This document shows, in pieces, positions 11,728-23,800 of a stretch of 64,000 nt of DNA (its first letter is position 1; each line of letters begins with the position of its first letter). Made by a program: the position numbers and the translations under genes. Under the pieces are notes generated by a model. The model did not search any database. It was given only the letters and a program-made list of their open reading frames with translations, and had not been told where the DNA came from. The DNA is taken from the NCBI GenBank assembly GCA_001724265.1, contig MEDY01000001.1, positions 124,001 to 188,000 on the forward strand, in the 5' to 3' direction. The DNA is from Rhizaria sp. SCN 62-66. Lineage: Eukaryota.

Positions 11728-12232
11728 GGGGCGTGGGCAGTGCGTGTGCGGGAGCGCAAGTCGGTTAAATAAAAGCGGCGAACCGCGGCGCTATATTGAC
11801 GAGTGTGCGTCAAGAGTGGCTCAGATACAACGTGTGTTTTAGCGTGATATTAGAAAGGTTGTTTATAGTACCAGGCACAACTGTGTGTTTGTCGTGGCGA
11901 CTGGTGGACAGATATATACGGATACTTCGGTCCTGCTCTCGCTGGGCCCAGAAGCCACAGCGCAACGGCTGGGAGTTGAAACAGTCCGATCGAAATGAGT
12001 CATTATCTCCAACATTAGAACGTCAAATGGACAGTAGGCCTTTATCTGTACTGTTAAATAGTGCTCACTCTATGATTCCTTTATTATGTGTGCTGGGACG
12101 CCCTTTGGCGTGTACTCTAGCTCCTTTTGGTTCAGCTCTGCTCTCTCCCATCTCTCACTTCTTCTGTAACTTCCTTGTCTCATCGTCCACCTACAAAACT
12201 GGCACCTGCTCATTCCCAGACCACCTGCAGCG

Positions 12233-12865
12233 ATGAGTCAGACTCTTTCGGAGGAGGAACTCCAGAAGATCGCCGATGGCTTCACCATGTACGTCTCCTC
12301 CCACGCATTACCCTCCCGTCTAGCATATGCATCCATTACGCCAACCTTCCATTCACCCAAACTTTTGGCGCATTAAACAACCACCAAATCGACACATGCT
12401 CACGTATATTGAACACCGCGTATTTATGCTCTCTTAATACTCCCTGGCACTTGCGTATATAGCAATGCGATGCAGATCAAGGACGCCGAGACGGGCCGCC
12501 TGCTGTGGGAGAAAAAGGACTGGCCTGCCTCCTTCGCCGAGGAAGTCGAGGTCCGCTTCCCCGCCGCCGTGCTCGGTCTGCGCGCCGTCACGCGCGCCAC
12601 GACCTTCAGCTCGCGCGAGGTGATCCAGAACTTCCGCATCCGGCAGATTCTCAGTGTGCACGGGACGCCGATCGAGGAGTGGGGGCTGCGGTTCAACTTC
12701 GTCATGCCCAACTCCACAAACACGTGGGAGAACACAATCGACGCGGCCGAGGCGGGGGAGATGCTACCGGCCGAGGTGCTGTCGGGCAACCTCGTCATCA
12801 CGAGCTACTTCTTTGATGGGGATAACCTCATCACTAAGAACAACGTCCGCGTGTACTACGACTAA
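12233..12865 (+). CDS. PDE6D: PDE6 delta / prenyl-binding protein (GMP_PDE_delta family), 2 exons: 12233-12288 and 12463-12865
   Basis: Spliced product MSQTLSEEELQKIADGFTINAMQIKDAETGRLLWE...EEWGLRFNFVMPNSTNTWENTIDAA...MLPAEVLSGNLVI...VRVYYD. Intron GTACGT...TAG (12289-12462), phase 2. Stop is TAA. Confidence 0.93.
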
Positions 12866-13420
12866 GGTTTAGCCAGTAAACGCTTCGAAGCAAGAGAGCG
12901 TTAGCGAATGATACTAGTATATAACGTTCTCTAGTTGGGGTGAGATAGCTGAGTGGCGTAGGACGCGTGCGTGGGCGGGTGTGAAGCGAGTTTAGTGCGG
13001 TTGTCCCGTGAAGGCAGGATGATAAGTGTTGGTTATGTTGGGTAAAAACGTTGTTTAAGCGGACCAGAAACGGTTTGTGGTGGCTGGGCTGATTGATGAC
13101 GATGTGGGCCGGTGCCCAACAGTGCGGCGACCGTAGTCCTTGACAGATTGTACTTTTTCAACAGATAAATAGACTATGATATATTTTGTGCGTTTTTATT
13201 TATCATATTTTATCCTCACTGCTGTTGACGGATGTCTTGCTCTTCTCCGATCTATTATTCGTGCCTCAACCACTGAATCTCACATGTCCACAAACTAACC
13301 TCGTTTCCCCTTGCTTCTGTCTTTATAAGTTTGTGATTACGAATCGTCATCTAAGATTCTGACTGTCTAGGTTGTTGATCGTCTATTTAACTGTTATCTG
13401 TGAGCAAAACGCGTTCCCTC

Positions 13421-14629
13421 ATGTCCGTCACGCGTTCCCGCTCGTCGACGTCCCGGCGCGACTCCGAGAGCGACTACTCCCCCGCCCTCCGCGCTCTCCC
13501 CGGCTTCGGCCCCGCCGCGTCCCACACCGCGTCCCTCGGCGCCGCACACGGCGCGCCGCACGGCAAGTCCGGCTCCGTGCTGCGCGGTGACAGCAGCAAC
13601 GAGATTCTCTCAGTCGCGCACTTTTCGTTCACCGGCTCTTCTGGCGCTGGCTCCGGCGCTGGCACTGGCAGCAGCCGCGGCAGCTTCAGCGGCGGCGTTC
13701 CGCACCACAGCACGCAGGGCACGCACGGCAAGGACGTTGAGCGCGACCGCTTGCTGTCGCACGGCCCCGGTCTGACCCATCTGAGCGCCTCCGATGAGGC
13801 CGCTGAGGCCGCCGCTCTGCAGCGCGACATCATCCTCCTCGGCGGAGTATTTGTCGTCGCCGTCGTCGTCGTCGCGGTGTTGTACACCACGATGCCGCAT
13901 CTGCCGCCCGATGACGCCGCCGCCGTGCGGCTCCCGCGTTCTATGGAGCAGCTCCGCGCTCTGCTAGACGTCGCAGTGCGATACAAAGGCGAGCATTTTG
14001 CCTATGTAACGGCGCTCTTTTCCGCCGTGTACATCTTTCTGCAGATGTTTGCCATCCCCGGCGCCGTTTTCCTCTCGATCCTCGCGGGTCCGTTGTTTGG
14101 ACTGGTCCCCGGCATGTTCCTGATCTCGACTGTGGCCACCACGGGTACCTCCGTGTGTTACTTGCTGTCCAACACGTTCGGCCGTCGCCTCGTCCGTGCG
14201 CGCTTCCCCGATCTATTGAAGTCGCTGCAGACGCGGATCGACGCGCACAGGGACTCGCTTCTGTTCTACATGTTCTTCCTCCGCGTCACTCCTTTGTTGC
14301 CTAACTGGTTCATCAACATCGCGTCGCCGATCGTCGCCATCCCTCTCAAGGTGTTTGTCCCAGCCACGTTCATCGGCCTCATGCCCGGCAACTACATCCA
14401 CCTCTCCACGGGGCTCGCGCTCAACAGCGTCGCCGCGGACAAGCCGCTCATGACGCCCGGTGCCGTAGTTTTCCTCTTCCTCGTCGGTGCCATCGCTCTG
14501 CTGCCGGTGCTGTTCAAGAGCAGGCTCGAAGCCTATGACCGGCGCGCCATCGCCAGTTCACACGGCGCCGGTGCGGCGCCCATGGTCACGGGGTTCACAG
14601 GGACGGCGGAGAACAGCCATAAGGTTTGA
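13421..14629 (+). CDS. TMEM41B: TMEM41-like VTT/DedA (SNARE_assoc) membrane protein, probable ER lipid scramblase
   Basis: Motifs YIFLQMFAIPGAVFLSILAGPLFG and FLRVTPLLPNWFINIASP, with several TM segments. ATG at 13421. Stop is TGA. Confidence 0.88.
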   Translation: MSVTRSRSSTSRRDSESDYSPALRALPGFGPAASHTASLGAAHGAPHGKSGSVLRGDSSNEILSVAHFSFTGSSGAGSGAGTGSSRGSFSGGVPHHSTQGTHGKDVERDRLLSHGPGLTHLSASDEAAEAAALQRDIILLGGVFVVAVVVVAVLYTTMPHLPPDDAAAVRLPRSMEQLRALLDVAVRYKGEHFAYVTALFSAVYIFLQMFAIPGAVFLSILAGPLFGLVPGMFLISTVATTGTSVCYLLSNTFGRRLVRARFPDLLKSLQTRIDAHRDSLLFYMFFLRVTPLLPNWFINIASPIVAIPLKVFVPATFIGLMPGNYIHLSTGLALNSVAADKPLMTPGAVVFLFLVGAIALLPVLFKSRLEAYDRRAIASSHGAGAAPMVTGFTGTAENSHKV

Positions 14630-14982
14630 AATTAACAACGCAGCAGAGCGCAATGCAAAGTAAGATGAACTCCTCCTAGATTTATAATAGAATGAATAAG
14701 AATTGAATACAATATTGTTTGTTGCTAATCTCGTGTTGGAATAATACTCGAGTTGAATATGTGTTTGTATTGTCATGTTTTTGTGCATATAATACACGAC
14801 TGAGCAAGCATCATCAGTTCGCATGTTTCTACTGTATAACCATCTATCAATCAATCTATCACTCCGCCAACCACCCTTTGTTATCCCTCCAGACCATCCC
14901 ATTCAACAATCAACAGCCACCAGTCTTACTGTCGACTACCAATTGCCTCATGTTTCAAGCAGAGCACCGTTCGCTCGCTTGC

Positions 14983-16794
14983 TTACTGCGCCATGCAGCA
15001 AAGCGCGGCCTTGGCCTCCTCCAGCAGCCCGTTGACCTTGCGGATCGCGGCATCATGCGCCGCGAGCGCAGCCTCGTCTCCGGGCGCGGGGGCGCGGGAG
15101 GGGTCGGCGACGGCCGCGCGCATGGCGGCAGCGTCCGAGGCCCAGACCAGGTCGTTCCACTCGAGCCAGCCTTGCTGGCGGGCAACCTTGTAGGCGCCGG
15201 CGGCCGAGAGCTCGCGGTTGGAGCAGAGGTGGTAGCCGACGGGGCAGGCCTTGGTGGCCTCGTCGAAAGGGCACGGCGAGTTACGCGCGCAGCCGACCTG
15301 CACGAACGCGGGGTCAACCGAGCCCAGCGCAACGGCGGCGACGGCGGCGACGCGCGCGGGCGACGGCGGGCGCGCGGCGAGCTTGACGTCGTCGATGAAG
15401 AGCGACAGTGCGGTACAGTCAGTGCCCGGGGTGGCGCCAATGAACACGGGGGCGTCGGCTGCGAGCTGCAGAGGGGACTTGATCACCAAGTCGGGGATGC
15501 CGTTGACGAAGAGGGAGAACTCGCCCGATGACGCCGCGTACCCGAGAGTCAGGTGTACCCACGTGTGCGCGCGCACGCGGGCCGCCGAGGTCGTCACGGC
15601 GGCGCCGGGGACGGCGAGGTTGATGTGCCGGCTCGAAGTGAGGTACAGCGTGTTCTCGCCGAGAGCGAAGAACGGACACGCGCCGGCCGCCGAGGCGACG
15701 TGCGCGGCACCCAGGTGTACCCACATGTCGGCCGTGAAGCTCTTGTTCATGGCCGTAAGGGACTCGGAGGGCGGGATACGGTAGTACGTCTTGCCGTTGA
15801 AGTGCGCAGAGGCGGCGCCGCCCGCGCGGTCGGGCGCCGAGGGGAGTGCGGGGGCATTGATGGGGTTCTGCTGAGACTGCTCGAGCGCGTCAGCGAACGT
15901 CTTGGCCTTGCGGGAGCGCTGGGCGGACGCGCCGTGGCCGTTTGACGGGTCGTTTGACGCGATGCCGATGTCCTCCTGCTCGGTGAGGACGAATGACGCG
16001 GCGCGGGGGCCCGCGATGCCGTGGTTGCCGTTGCCCGAGCGGTCGACGATCACGCCCTTGACAAACTCGTTAAACGAATAGAGGCCGACGGTGCCTGCGG
16101 GGACGGCGTCGGGGACGATGACGGTGCGGCCGCCGTGGAGGCAGATGCCCGACTTGGCAGCCAGGTCGCACTGAGGGTGGTAGCGGTTGTGGCGGCGGTT
16201 GCCGCGGGGCCACTCGGGGGCAGTGCCGTCGGGGAGAACGGCCACGCCGGGGATCGTGTACTGAGGCACACCGTCAATCTCCCCGCTGTGTGGAGCGCGC
16301 GATTGCAGCAGGGTGATATGAGGAGGGTTCAGGTTGGTTGGGGGGGAAGCGAAGGGTTCGCGTTCGAGGTCGTGGGCAGCAGCAAGAGAAAGGGATACAG
16401 GATCAAGCAGAGGTTAGATAGGTTAATAAGGCGTTCGTCATCGCTCGCATCGGGTGTATAGTGCGAGTCAGCGCTTGTAAGAGCAAACAGATGTGGTGAG
16501 AGAAGGGGATTGAGTTTGTGGGGGCCAAGTGTACGTACGTGTTGTCAACATTGTTCGCAGCGACTGTAGCAAAAGCACACAGAGCCAGCAAAGCGGCCAT
16601 GAGTGTAACACATGACCTGTACATAATGCGAGAGGGAAAAACAACGCGGGTGTGAGCTGATTGGAGGCAGGAGCGATGACGGGGAATGGCGAGAGAGACC
16701 CAGTGGGCAAGGAGGCCTGGGATAAAAGCGGATCTGCCCCGGCTCAGAGCGACCGTCAAGAGATACATAGGAAGAAGTAATGGACGTACCTCAT
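14983..16794 (-). CDS. Secreted LamG/concanavalin A-like domain protein with Cys-rich C-terminus, 3 coding exons: 16794-16790, 16616-16539, 16285-14983
   Basis: Signal peptide MRSCVTLMAALLALCAFATVAA. LamG-type motifs YSFNE..VDRSGNGNHG, FTADMWV, WVHLTL, LFVNG and FIDDVKL. C-terminal CP...CPVGYHLCSNREL...LCC. Both introns start GTACGT, end CAG and restore the frame. Stop is TAA. Confidence 0.8.
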
Positions 16795-17800
16795 TGTGAA
16801 GGCTTCTAAAAAACTGATACGAGCGTCACTGCAGCACCAGCAAAGACGCTCTGACCCCAATCTCGTCGTCCTCTGTTTCCCCTTCCACCCAAAGCCAGAG
16901 CGTTCAGAGAGACCGTGGGCAAAGTGACCGTGAGCAGCCTTGAGGTCGATGTTAACTGATTCTTTCGAGTTCAGTTTAGAGTGGGTAAAGAACCGTGGGT
17001 ATGAATGTGTTTCCGTCTATGCGCATTGATGCTGTCGGAAGTGTACTTTTCTAAAATGGTTTTCTCATGAGTTCTTGTTTAAGCGACTTCCCAGGGGTGC
17101 GCGAGAGTGACCGAGCCGAGTGTTGGCTGATGATACCTTGAAAAGTCCTCGGGCAAATGCGGATGCTCTGCAGCGCAGCGTGGGCTTAAAGCAATACGGT
17201 CTAGCAATTTCAGCGTGGGTTGTATATCTTGTATTCTGTTCTCGCCGCTTCCTGAGCTTGTTAGTACCGACTAATGCACTCTTTTAAGCCAGCTCTCGTT
17301 CAAATCTGAGGCTGTTCAGGGCTTGAACAACGGCACTTATCTTAACATAATACAACACTGAGAGTAGAATAGGTGTCTTCCGTATGAAATAATGCATTGA
17401 CCCGAACTATGACCAAATATGGGGCTTATACGTCTTCATTTAGAGCGATTATGACCCATGTTGAGAGGTTGCCTTTGAGAGCCGTACCAGCCTTTCAAGG
17501 TCGTATCGAGGGGGTCTCGAGTGGGTCGATTTTGCATGAGACCCGTCCACGATAGAGTCCGTTATTTGAGTCTGTATAATAAATCTGGGTAGATCATTTT
17601 AAGGGCTGTTGGATTTTTCTTTTCCATTGCTTTTCACTCAATCTATGCAAGTATTTCTCTCTTTTGCTTCAGCCCTCTCTCACCCGCCCTCTCACACATC
17701 CCACTTTTCTCAGTTCCACTCCTTGTACACACATATAACAATCTAACCAAGCGCAGACTTACCCCCTCGCCACAACCGCTAGAGGCCCTTCCTTGCGCGC

Positions 17801-20800
17801 ATGTTTGAGGGCCTTCTAGAGCAGCTTCTGCTGCGTCTGGTGGGCGAGTACGTCGACGGCCTGAACCGCGACCGCCTGCACGTCAGCGTTTGGCAGGGCG
17901 ACGTCGTGCTCACCGACCTCAAACTCAAGCCCGGTGCGCTCGACTTCCTCGAGCTCCCCATCCGCATTATTGAAGGCAAGCTCTGCCGGCTGACGATCAA
18001 GGTTCCGTGGCACCGCATCCACTCGGAGCCTGTCTGCATCGCCATCGACGGCGTTCACGTGCTCTGCGCGCCCCGCACCGCCGCAGACGCGGTGCAGAGC
18101 CACGTCACGCGCATCCTTCGCCGCCGCGCAGACCTCAGCGCGCGCCTTGCCGCCGTCCTTGCCGCAGCGCCCTCGTCTTCGTCTTCTCCGTCTTCGGCAG
18201 CTGCAACGGCTGCCACTGCGGCCAGCCCAACTGCTCTGAATACGGATACTACCGAGGCTGGTGTGACTGCGCTGACGTACGGCACCATTCTGGGGCCCGC
18301 CGCGCCGCCCGGCTCATCCTCCGCCCCCTCACTATCGGCGTCCTCGAGCTCCAGCGCGGTGGGCGCGGCTGACGCCGACGCCGACGCCGAAGATGTGGCC
18401 GCGTTGTCCGACGCCTCGCTGTCCTGGCCGGAGCGCGTGCTGTGGCACGTAAAGCGCCGATCCGCCGCGCACGGGGCCGACGTGCTGCTGCGCGCGCTTG
18501 CCGCCGCTGCCACCGACGCCGCAGCGGCATGGTCCGCGGCCGCCGGGCGCGGGCTGCCCCAGGGGGCCGGCGCCGAAGCCGCTGCCGCCGCCGCCGCCGC
18601 CGCCGCCGCAGTCGTGCGGACGGCGCGGCAGGCCGGGGCGGGCGGGCAGGGCGCTGGGCTCGGTCTGCGCACCGGTACGCTAAGTTAGGCCGCCATGGGT
18701 GCGCTGGCCGCGATTGAAGCCGCGGTGGGGGATGCAGCGGCGGTCGAGAAGGTACTTGCCACGCTCTGTGGCTGTGACCTCTCTAGCAATAACAGCAACA
18801 ACAACAGTCCTAACGCGAGTAATGGCAGTGAGAGCGCTGCTGCTGGGGCCACAGGCGGCACTAGCGCTGGCGCCGGGACAGGGTTGACTGTAAACACGGA
18901 TGCGCCGATGGTGGCAGTGGTTGGTGGGGCTGCGTCCCCCGCCTCTGCCGCGGCTGCCAATAGCACTGCCACCGCGACGCCCGGCACTGCCGCGGAGGTT
19001 GGGGGAAACAAGGCCGGGTGGCTGCCGTGGCTGCTGTCGCCCATCACCGGCAGCAACAACGTCGATGGCAGCAACAGCAACGGCGGCACGCCGACAGGCT
19101 CCGGCCTCGCTGTGCCCTTATCGTCATCGTCGTCGTCTGTTACCGGTTTTGGCCCCGGCCAGTCGCCGACCAGCGCTGGCGTCGTCGCGGGGCACTCTAA
19201 CAGCAACACGAGCGGCACTGCGACAGGCACGGGCTCCGGCGCTAGTACCGGTAGTTCCGCGAGTGCAAGTGCAGGCAGTGCCAAGGGCATCACGGAGCGG
19301 CTGCTCGAGTCGATCCTGGCGAATCTGCAGGTGACGGTGAGCAACGTGCACGTGCGCTACGAGGCCAACGACACGACGCACGAGCACGCACCCGCCACAG
19401 CCGTCGCAAACAACAACAGGAACAATAACAGCATCAACAACAACGACAACAACAACCACGGTGGCGCGAAGGCTGGCGGTGCATTGCAGGGCAATTTGAC
19501 ATCGTTGCAAGAAGGGCTTGCTTCCGCAGGCAGCGCCCTTGCGTACTACACGAACCTGCGCTCGCGGCCTCAGCGAGACGGCCACGATAGCGGTGGCAGC
19601 GGCAGCGGCGGCGGTGGCGGCGCTGGCGCCGGCGTCAGCGCGGTGGGGGCTGTGGGCCCCCGTGCGTTTGCCTGCGGTGTGTCGCTCCACTCGCTGTCGG
19701 TCACGCCAGTTGCCAAGGCCACCGCGGCAGCGAAACAGGGGGCCGCGAGCGGTGCGAATAGATCGAGGCCTGGATCGGGCAGTATGGTCACGCCGCGCAA
19801 CCTCAACAGCACGGCCGCGAACGCCCATAACAGCAACAGCAACAACTCTGCGTCGGCCTCGTTCCCGTTGCCCGGCACCGGTGCAAGCGCAAGTGCAGGC
19901 CAGGCCGCGCCCACCGCTGCTGCCGCCGACAGTAGCCGCACACTGCTAGAAGCCGCAGCGCGCAAGACCGTGGTGCTCGACGGTTTCTCGCTGTACTGGA
20001 ACTCCGCCACCGACGACGCCATCACGGCCGCGCTGGCTCAGTGGCGCCGTGGGTCATCGGTCGCATCCGCGTCAGCGCCGGGCAAACACGGACGCGCTGC
20101 GCAGCAACTCCAGCAGCAACAACAGCAGCGGGGCGCGCAGTCTCGGTCTGGCGTGACGGCACTCCGCAGCGGCAGCGCTGCAACAGCAGCAGCAGCTGAA
20201 GACGGCGACACTGAGGGTGCGACATTGCTTCAGCCGCCAGTGCCGCGGCTGTCGCCCGAAGCGCTGCACCGCGAGTACGGTGTGGAGCCTCTGCTGTGGC
20301 AGACGCTGGGCGGCAAAGAGCGCGCGCTGCTCATGAGCAAGATCCCCGGACTCCCGCGCCCGCCGCGCAAGGCGAAAACCGCCGCCGCAGCCGCCGCCAC
20401 GGCTGGTGTCGCGGCAAACTCATCACAGGTGACTGCAACAGCGACGGCGGCAAGCTCTGGGCCTGCGAACGCGTATGGCAACGGTGGCCACGCGTTGTCG
20501 CCGCGGCAGCAGCGGCGGCAGCAGCGGCAGCGCCTGGCCGAGGCCTGCGCGGCGGGTCTCCTGCCGCCCGCGCTGCTGGCGCTGGCTGCCCACCAGTCGC
20601 GGCGCCGGTACCGGCACATTCTGCGGCCGCTAACGCTGACGGCCACGGCGAACCTGTGTTCGACCGCGCCCGCAGCCGTGGACATCGCAGTCACGCCGAC
20701 CGACTCGCTCAGCGCGACCGCGAAACGCTTCTCGGACGCGAATCACGGCGCTCACGGCACTCCTGGTACACATGGGGGTACCAGCGGGCCAGCATCGTGG

Positions 20801-23800
20801 ACAACACACACCGCGCTTGCAACGCTTGACCTAGCCCCGCGCGGCGCGGCGCCGCGGCCGGTGCAAGTGCAGCTGACGCTCGCGCTGCCGTCACTACGGC
20901 TGCTGCTGCCGCACTCGGCGCTGCACGACGCCGTGGCCGCGGTCAAAAAGGTCGAGGCCAACGCGGCGCGCGCGGCCGCGGCGGCGTTCAACGCGGAGCT
21001 GCCGCGCCCGCTGTCGTGGCGGCTCTGGCGGCTCGACTACGAGGCGTATTTGCGCCGTCTGCGCTCGTTCGTCGCCGAGAGCGAGTTCACCGCAGCTGTC
21101 ACGGTGCCGGTGCTGCTCGCGCTCACCGACCCCACGCCTGCGTCTGGGAACAGCGGCACTGCCGCGGCGTCTGCTCCCAGCGGAGGCGCTTCGCTGCTCA
21201 CGTCCGCCGCTGCGGCAGCGGCGGCGTCTGCGGCCGCTGCTGCCGCGGCCAACGCTGCGCCAGTGTCGATCCGCGTCGTGCTTTTGCCTCTAGCGCGCGC
21301 ACGGTCTTACACGCCCGCGCCAGCGCCCGCTGCTGAGGTGGCCGACGAAGCGTTGTTCTCATCCCTCACGTCGCTGACGCCACGCGTACCGACACACGTG
21401 ACCACGGCGGCCGCTGTCTCGGTCGGCCGGACAGGGTTGGTCCCGACAGCGGGCGCCACGCCCGCCGCCGTCGCCGCCACTTCCGCCGCAGCAGGGTTCA
21501 ACGAGCTGACGTGGTGCGACGGCATCACCATCCCCGCGTACTACGCGTATCCGCCGCAACTCGCGTCCGCCTCCGCTGCGGTCACAAGCTCAGTGACCGC
21601 TGCGACAACCATCTCTGCGGCGGCGGCGGCGGCTGCTGCTGCAGCGGCGGCGGAGCGACAGGAGTATCTGACGACGGTGCTGCCGCGTCGTCTGTTCGTG
21701 CGGCACCGGTGGCAGCACGCGCTTCTGATGGTGCGCGCCGTCATCCGCCGCTCCGCCACGGCCGCGGGCTCTGTGTCGTTGGCGTCGATGGCGAAGCTTG
21801 ATGCCGCGGTGTCGGTGCAGTCGGTGCAGCAGAGAGCTCAGCACGGCCCGGCGCAGTTCCGCGACTCGGGCGTCAACGCCATCTTCCCCTTCGTACACCC
21901 GAAGTTCACCGCTCTCCTGCACGCGGGCTCCCCCACCGCGAACAACAACAAGCAGAACAACAACAGCAACAAGCCCGTCGCGCCTGCGTCCGCCGCGAAC
22001 GCCGGCCTTCACGGCGCGACAAGCCCCGCCGCGGGCGCGCGCACGCGGGCGCGCGCGGGCAGCCTCGTGCTGCCGCCGTCCGCGCTGGGCGGTGACCCGG
22101 CGTCGCGTCCCCGCGCCAAGCCCTGGTCGTGGCCGCTAATGCGCCGCTTCACCCGGCTGCGGCGGCTGTATCTGTTCCTCCTCCCGCGGCTGCCGCAGCG
22201 CCGCGCGCCGTGGGCGCCCGCCGCGACGCCGGCGCAAGTGCGCGCGGCGCACGCGATCGAGCGCTGCGTACCGGCGCCCGTGCTGGCGCTGTGGCGTGCA
22301 CTGGCGGGCGCGCAGGCCGCGGCGCAATGGTAGCACTGCGCGCGGCTCGTCGAGCTGCAGACGCGCCGCGCCGAGGCCGAAGCGCGCCACGGTGGCTGGT
22401 TCGGGGGATGGTTCGCGGGCGGCGGGAGCACCGGTGGCGCGGTGGCTGGCCAGAGGGCGGCGCAGTCGCAGCAAGGCTCTAGCACTGCGGATGCGATCAC
22501 ACTGTTCAACGCGTCCTCTGGCGAATCGCTCTCTGGGAGCACTGCCGGAGCGGCTCACCCCACCACGGTGCTGTCGCACGCGCCGTCGACAGAACTGCCT
22601 GCGCCGACGCTCATTGACGCAGTCGCGCCCAGTGACGTCAGTGGGACAGCAGCGGCAGCAGAAGCGCCACTGCGGCCGCAGCCGCGGACGTCGTCGAAGC
22701 GGCGCGGAGGCAACGAGCTCAGCCTCGTCATGCTTCGCCCCGCTGTCACCGCCACTGACACCGCTGCGACCGGCAGCACCGGCCCTGTCGTGCCCACGGG
22801 CGCTGCTCTCGCCGCTGCGGGCGCTTCAGCGGCAGTGTCCGCGGACGTTATTGCTGACGTCGCCCGCTGTTTGCCGCACTTGGCGCTGACGGCGGCCGAC
22901 ATCCGGTGCATTTACGCGTTTGCTTGGGCCGAAAAGCACTCCACGGGTCAGCTCCCGCTCTCAATCGGCGCGCGCGCTCGGCCCGGGTCCGCGGGCTCCG
23001 CCTCTGCGTCGTTCCCGCCGCTGGCGCGCCTGGCCAGCCGGCCGCAAAGCACAGCTTCGGCGGCAACCATCGGGGTGCTGCCGCCCGGTCTGTCTGCCGC
23101 TGTGGCCGCGGCCGTGCGCGTGCGCGTACCGACTGTGGCGCTGCGTGTAGACGCCACGTTTGACAACATCGCGATCGTGGTCGTCGCGCCGCAGACGCTG
23201 ATTCCAGCGCACTGGCGGCTGCAGCAGCACGGCGTGCCCAAGAGCGCGCGCGCTCCCCGTGCTCGCGCCGGCACCGCTGCGGGCAAGGGCAAGCGCAGCG
23301 AGAGCGTGACCGTCGCCGCTTCTCGGCTGTCATCGGCTGCGACGCACCCTGCTGACGAGGCCATGTCGTCGTCCCTGCACACCGGCCTGCGCAGACTGCC
23401 GGCGGCCGAGACCGCGGGCCGCGCGCGCGCTGCGACGGGCGTGAGCACGGACTCTGACTTCGCCAGCCGCGCGCGCACGGGCAGTCTGCCGACCGACGAC
23501 CACGCACAGACGGTCTCTGCTAGCGACAGCATCCCGGACGTGCGCGACAGCAGCGACCATGATGACAGCGCGGGCCGCCACAGCGTGCTGGGCTACCGCG
23601 GCGGCTTTGGAGACCACGCCAGCGACGGCGGCAGCGATACAGCGGGTTCCGTGCGTTCGCGCTCATCGCGAACTGACTCGTTTTCGCTGAATGACGATGC
23701 TCCTGCCGACTCGGGCTTCGACTCTGCGTCCGACTCCGACGGTGACGCGAGTTTTGGCGCCACTGCGGCCGCGGCGGGACTGGACCCCGCGCTCCTGACA

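Noticed and set aside
18675-18737. Intron starting at GTACGC (18675) that would remove TAG1, with in-frame acceptors at 18719 or 18737
   Set aside because: Not fully excluded, since the donor matches the local consensus. However, the segment is GC-rich, coding-like, lacks a pyrimidine tract and is shorter than the other introns. The better-looking acceptor at 18786 shifts the frame, and this cannot explain the other four TAGs.
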